Of a DNA stretch of 64,000 bases, positions 59,499-64,000 are shown in pieces. The translations under genes and the position numbers were made by a program. The stretch is from an uncultured Candidatus Saccharibacteria bacterium (GTDB taxonomy: Bacteria > Patescibacteriota > Dojkabacteria > GCA-002793355). Within the stretch, counting starts at the first letter, position 1. Every line of letters begins with the position of its first letter. The stretch spans positions 440,662 to 504,661 of the forward strand of contig CAZGEO010000001.1 in the NCBI GenBank assembly GCA_964525295.1, written 5' to 3'. Under the pieces are notes generated by a model that had not been told where the DNA came from, searched no databases, and worked only from the letters and a program-made list of their open reading frames with translations.

Positions 59499-61970
59499 CT
59501 AAAAAAATCCTCCGAAACCTGAATTCTTTTGACGATCAGGCTCAACCGTTTGACGTGCGCCTCTACTGCGAATTTCTTCTTTTACATAGTTAACATCACG
59601 ACCGTAGCGTACGCGTGAAAGTTGCTTTATCAATTCTGCAGTTTGTTCCTGTTTCGGATATCTTTGATCAATGTTATAAAAGGTACTCATTGAAAATGGA
59701 GATGTTGCTACTCCATTTATCAACGTTTTTACGTAAACATTAGCATTCTCAAGTCGAATAAGATCCTGCTGCTGAAATATTGGCGCATATTCTTTCTGCA
59801 AGTATTCCCCATCGGTAGCACCAACACGGAAAGACATAAGTGTACCAACGTTACCAAAGACTGCATTTCTCACCTGTTCGGTCATTTGATTGATATATTG
59901 GTTCGCCCCGATTAAATTCAAGCGATATTTACGCGCTTCAGATAAAATTTGAGCAAAGTCTTCTGTAGCAAAGTTCTGGAATTCGTCGACATATAAATAG
60001 AAATCTCGGCGCTCACTCTCTGGAATATCTTCACGGCTAAGTGCAGCGCGAAGAATTTTTGGAATGATTAAAAGTCCTAAGAATTGTGCGTTTTGCTCTC
60101 CGATTAAACCTTTCGAAAGGTTAATTAAAAGAATCTTACGATTATCCATAACTTCACGGAAATCAAACGACGACTTACTTTGTCCAATTATATGTCGAAT
60201 CAAAATGTTGGTAGTAAAACGGTCAAACTTTGATGTTAACCATCCCAAGATTTCAGACTTTTCTCGTTGTTCGGTATTCGCCATTTCTACCAACCAATAG
60301 TTGCGCACTTCATCATCATCTACTTTGTCCATAAATGACAGAGCGAACTTCTCATCGATGATTGCTCGAAGAACTTCTAGGAACGTATTACCTGGCTCAG
60401 TCATAACTGCGAGCATCGAGTTACGAACAGCACGTTCAAATCGAGGCCCGACAATACCTTGATCATGCGGGTCATACATCTTTCGCATTAAACCAAGAAA
60501 CCCGTTAACAATTTCGTGACGTTCGAAGACATTTTTATGCTCAAGATAGTTCATACCCATTGGGCGGTCGGTATCCGCAGCATTAAAATAGATTACATCT
60601 TCAGCTCTTTCTGGTGGAATTCTACGTAAAATCTCAGCAATAGCTGATCCGTGAGGGTCAAGAAAGGCGAGTCCATTACCTGCATAAATGTCTTGCAATG
60701 CTAAATCTGTCAGTGAATACGACTTACCTGTACCTGTTTGTCCAATAATGTACATGTGGCGACGACGGTCATCGTTACTAATGAAAATCTCGCGTCTTAC
60801 ACCCTGATAAACTGAGCCACCGATCCAGGTACCATGGTTAGGAACGTTTGGTGGAGGAGCTGCTTTTTTAGCAAATAACCATTCAATATTTGGTGTTTTT
60901 ACATTCTTATTTGGAAAGTGGTAGATTGTTGCTAACTCCTCAGAGTTCAGAATGATATCGCCTTTGTCTGAAGAACGTCTAAAGACAAAATCATTCATAA
61001 AAGGTCTTAAGGCACCACCTTCAATCTTCTTAAATTTTAATGAATTTAAGCCAGGATTAGTAAATTGCGCAAAGGCACTCGCCAACGTATTTAAACGAGA
61101 CATCGCATAGTCTTGCGATGGGCCTGCCATAACCATACGAATATATGTTTTAAATCCAACTTTCGAAGTCTTCTTTGTGATTGCCGTCGATTTTTCTTGA
61201 GAAACGTAAATTTTAGGCTTACTCTTACCCTCTTTATCGGGTGATTGCATGTTACCTTCATTGATTTTTTGAAGATATTTCTGACCTTTTTTGGACCATT
61301 TCATATCAGCAGGAACGATCATAATCTGCAAGGCCCCACCTTCACCATCAACCATGTTTGCGAAAGCCCCTGCTATAGCAGTCATTGTGTCAGATTTTTC
61401 ATCATAATCTGCATATGTTTTAAGAGGCTGATAGTTTACCTCTGCTAACTCAAAAGTACCCGCAACTACTGAGCTTCCTTCTTTGAAAAAGTTTGGTTCG
61501 GGAACTTCAACCATTTCTGCATTCTGATATGTTCCTAAAACCAATTTTTCTACAAGTGGAGCATACTTTTTAGGTGCGTATACATAAAAGCCAATGTGCT
61601 CAGGATATGCGATAATTTCGACGCTGATTCCTTCATCCGCTGAGAAAAAATTCTGAGGAAATTTCTTCTTTTTATAAATACCGTAAAGATTTGCAAAGAA
61701 TTGCTCTGCTGCCTTAACGGGAACTTCATTATCATATGGACAACGAACAATATACATTGAATACGAAAGTGACTTACTTTCGCGATCTTGAGTTCTTACT
61801 GTCTTTGCAAAAAGCAGGAAAAATCCGATGATCAATAGTATTCCTAAAAGTACGATTCCTGCGAGAGTTAGGTAAACAACTTGATCAGCAGAAACCTGAA
61901 TATCGCCAGTATAATAAGCAGTTGGCGATGCTGGCATAAAAGCCTTGAAGATAAAAGAGACAGTCTCCAT
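59499..61970 (-). CDS. VirD4/TraG/TraD-like (type IV secretion coupling-protein family) ATPase with N-terminal transmembrane helices
   Basis: Walker A YIIGQTGTGKSYSL, Walker B YLYVDEFQNF, then EARKYRLNLIGANQ. An N-terminal hydrophobic segment is present. Confidence 0.6.
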   Translation of the reverse strand: METVSFIFKAFMPASPTAYYTGDIQVSADQVVYLTLAGIVLLGILLIIGFFLLFAKTVRTQDRESKSLSYSMYIVRCPYDNEVPVKAAEQFFANLYGIYKKKKFPQNFFSADEGISVEIIAYPEHIGFYVYAPKKYAPLVEKLVLGTYQNAEMVEVPEPNFFKEGSSVVAGTFELAEVNYQPLKTYADYDEKSDTMTAIAGAFANMVDGEGGALQIMIVPADMKWSKKGQKYLQKINEGNMQSPDKEGKSKPKIYVSQEKSTAITKKTSKVGFKTYIRMVMAGPSQDYAMSRLNTLASAFAQFTNPGLNSLKFKKIEGGALRPFMNDFVFRRSSDKGDIILNSEELATIYHFPNKNVKTPNIEWLFAKKAAPPPNVPNHGTWIGGSVYQGVRREIFISNDDRRRHMYIIGQTGTGKSYSLTDLALQDIYAGNGLAFLDPHGSAIAEILRRIPPERAEDVIYFNAADTDRPMGMNYLEHKNVFERHEIVNGFLGLMRKMYDPHDQGIVGPRFERAVRNSMLAVMTEPGNTFLEVLRAIIDEKFALSFMDKVDDDEVRNYWLVEMANTEQREKSEILGWLTSKFDRFTTNILIRHIIGQSKSSFDFREVMDNRKILLINLSKGLIGEQNAQFLGLLIIPKILRAALSREDIPESERRDFYLYVDEFQNFATEDFAQILSEARKYRLNLIGANQYINQMTEQVRNAVFGNVGTLMSFRVGATDGEYLQKEYAPIFQQQDLIRLENANVYVKTLINGVATSPFSMSTFYNIDQRYPKQEQTAELIKQLSRVRYGRDVNYVKEEIRSRGARQTVEPDRQKNSGFGGFF

Positions 61971-62150
61971 ACAGTGTCAGTATAGCAAGTCACTGAATAA
62001 TTAACAATTCAGATGACGATTATTAGTTGGTGCTAGTGTGTTGGTTGTCGGTATTTGAAATTGAGCAATGAAAATCGACATTATGAATTACTTCCCAATC
62101 TACTGTTTCTCCACTCAATAGTGATAATTAAAATTACTAATTAGCAATTA

Positions 62151-62699
62151 TTAAGCTAGTCCAAGTGCCTTCCAGAAAGCCATCAACACCTTATAAAGCA
62201 TAGTTGCTTGCCAAGTTGTTGCCTGAGTTGGATCACCCGCCTGTGCAGTCTGCTGTAAAAGTCCTGATCTAGGATCATTAACCAAACCCTGACTTACTGT
62301 GTAATACCCAGAAACTTTGCTGACTAATTGCGTTGAAGTCACTCCGCCTTTAAATGTTGACTGCCCTAATTCAGGATTAACGAACATGCGTTCACCTTCT
62401 CTTGTTGTTGTGTATTCAAGAGGTGTCTGCAACTCAGGTTGCGAACTTTGAGGAATTGTTTGTCTTTCTGCAGTATTATAAAGATCTACCGTTTGTTCTG
62501 GTTGAGGGGGGTGAGGAACTTGTTCGACACGAGGCGGCTGATACGTATACGCTTCTTGCCGTGGTTGAGAAGTCTCTACTACTGGGGGTTGAGGAACAAA
62601 TTCTTGCTCCGCAACTGGATATGCCGGAATCTCTGCAGGTAAAGTTTGCCCCTGAGGTTGATTTTCGTAGCCAGTATTTGGACCACCAATGGTATTCAT
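62151..62699 (-). CDS. Hypothetical Pro/Gln-rich protein with a C-terminal hydrophobic helix
   Basis: Low-complexity P/Q/T-rich sequence. The C-terminus reads TWQATMLYKVLMAFWKALGLA. Confidence 0.4.
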   Translation of the reverse strand: MNTIGGPNTGYENQPQGQTLPAEIPAYPVAEQEFVPQPPVVETSQPRQEAYTYQPPRVEQVPHPPQPEQTVDLYNTAERQTIPQSSQPELQTPLEYTTTREGERMFVNPELGQSTFKGGVTSTQLVSKVSGYYTVSQGLVNDPRSGLLQQTAQAGDPTQATTWQATMLYKVLMAFWKALGLA

Positions 62700-62726
62700 A
62701 AAACTATTCTATCTGATGTTATGACG

Positions 62727-63197
62727 TTAGTCCAATGTATCAACATTCCCTGTACGCAAAATTCGTTGCACTTTAATCTTTTCTTCTCGCTCTTTTTTGC
62801 GGTTCTTTTTATCAAATTTTTTCAATGTTCTGGCAAGAGCAATTTCTACTTTAACCAAATTTTTCTCCAACAAAAATGCCACCGGGATAATCTGGGCTTT
62901 GAGCTGGGCTCGTTTCGTATATAACTCAAGGAGTTGTTTCTTCGTTAATAATAATTTTCTGTCTGCTTCGGGAACATACCCTTTACTCGTTAACGTGTTT
63001 GCATGTTGCCAAAGGGGAATATGGGCATTTCGTATAATCGCACCACTAGGATTAACAAAAATATAAGCACCATCTAGCTTTCCTTGCCCCGCTTTTATTG
63101 ATTTAACCTCTGCGCCAGTAAGAATAATGCCCGCTACCTGTTTTTCAATAATTTCATTATCAAAGGTCGCGCGTCGGTTTTTTGATAAAACTTTCAT
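62727..63197 (-). CDS. smpB: SsrA-binding protein
   Basis: Full-length SmpB-like sequence (...NRRATFDNEIIEKQVAGIILTGAEVKSIK...). Confidence 0.9.
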   Translation of the reverse strand: MKVLSKNRRATFDNEIIEKQVAGIILTGAEVKSIKAGQGKLDGAYIFVNPSGAIIRNAHIPLWQHANTLTSKGYVPEADRKLLLTKKQLLELYTKRAQLKAQIIPVAFLLEKNLVKVEIALARTLKKFDKKNRKKEREEKIKVQRILRTGNVDTLD

Positions 63198-63240
63198 CTA
63201 CAATATTGTATCATTATTCACGAATTTTTGATTTTTTAAA

Positions 63241-63960
63241 CTATCTCAAGGCGAATTTGAAAATCGAAGTTCCTGCAAGAACATACATGGTCACCTCTTG
63301 ATTGTTTTCATTCAAATCAACTGCTATGGCCTTAATGTCTTTAAATTTGTCGGCATTTTCAAACATATACGTTTTCAAAACAACACCTCTTCCTGGATGT
63401 CTATCTGCAGCGGGTTTTTCAATAACCAGTACGGCATTTTTTGTTTTGTCATAAACATATAAAGGCTTATCATTCGAAGGATTTGTAAATGATGCAGTTA
63501 ATTCACCTAGTGAAGCTGCAGCAGGCATAGTGAAATTATCCTTTTTACCGCCATAATATTGAGCTATCGAACCGACTCCATTTTCAACCGAAATTACGTA
63601 AATCTTTCCATCAATACTAACAGACCTAACGCCCATTAATTCTTCCATATAACGTTTTGGCGCAGCATAACCAGCACCTTTTGCTTCTATTCTGTAAAGT
63701 ACATTTGCGGTATTTGGTACAACGTAGGCATTTTTACCGAATCCATCAACCTTCATACATTCTCCGATTGTTGCTGGTTCTGTACCCACCATGCGATTAA
63801 ATCCATCTTTTCCATTAGCTGCATTCGGCGTGTAATATAAAACACCATTTTGCTTATCACAAACGAATAATGTACCTTCACCAACGCCAACTGCCGTCGG
63901 CGTTGTAATTAATCCCAACGGATCTTCTAATTTCAGAACCCCACGTGTCGCAATATTCAC
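63241..63960 (-). CDS. Hypothetical protein. It may extend 5' to the window edge.
   Basis: The ORF continues to the end of the window. No recognisable motifs. Confidence 0.35.
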   Translation of the reverse strand: MNIATRGVLKLEDPLGLITTPTAVGVGEGTLFVCDKQNGVLYYTPNAANGKDGFNRMVGTEPATIGECMKVDGFGKNAYVVPNTANVLYRIEAKGAGYAAPKRYMEELMGVRSVSIDGKIYVISVENGVGSIAQYYGGKKDNFTMPAAASLGELTASFTNPSNDKPLYVYDKTKNAVLVIEKPAADRHPGRGVVLKTYMFENADKFKDIKAIAVDLNENNQEVTMYVLAGTSIFKFALR

Positions 63961-64000
63961 TTGATAAATTGCTTTACGTCCAGAATCGGCAACTACCAGT

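Noticed and set aside
1-64000. Possible alternative genetic code (UGA recoding), as seen in some small-genome candidate phyla.
   Set aside because: Long, motif-complete ORFs (polA, ftsH, glyA, trpS) are intact under the standard code, with no in-frame TGA needed.

Overview
This is an AT-rich (about 36-38% GC), gene-dense bacterial window with short intergenic regions. It has many small paralogous HAD hydrolases and six scattered tRNA genes: Pro-CGG, Val-TAC, Ala-GGC, Met/Ile2-CAT, initiator fMet-CAT and Ile-UAU. The housekeeping core is clear and includes glyA, trpS, polA, ftsH, greA, smpB, fmt, galU, nrnA, a pseudouridine synthase, and a Rel/SpoT-type alarmone synthetase with two stand-alone HD hydrolases. 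The overall content resembles a reduced Patescibacteria/CPR-like genome, although that is an inference from composition and gene content only. Accessory content includes two fused ABC exporters, large NHL-repeat surface proteins with a Thr/Pro linker, a VirD4/TraG-like coupling ATPase, a XerC-like recombinase next to a tRNA, and a ClbS/DfsB-like protein. There is a block of uncharacterised genes at roughly 33.2-37.0 kb that includes a wHTH protein and a P-loop NTPase. A long P-loop (NMP-kinase-like) protein sits immediately upstream of a SAM methyltransferase. Non-coding signals that the gene calls do not explain are: a ~750 bp ORF-free, G-depleted, C/A-rich stretch; three copies of a GC-rich perfect palindrome ATACCCC(C/T)(G/A)GGGGTAT in intergenic positions; a ~125 bp tandem repeat (3 copies) directly downstream of tRNA-Val, each copy ending in a mimic of the tRNA-Val 3' end; and an intrinsic-terminator hairpin that implies the ORF-track start of fmt is over-extended. 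All calls rest on motif recognition by eye, with no database search.
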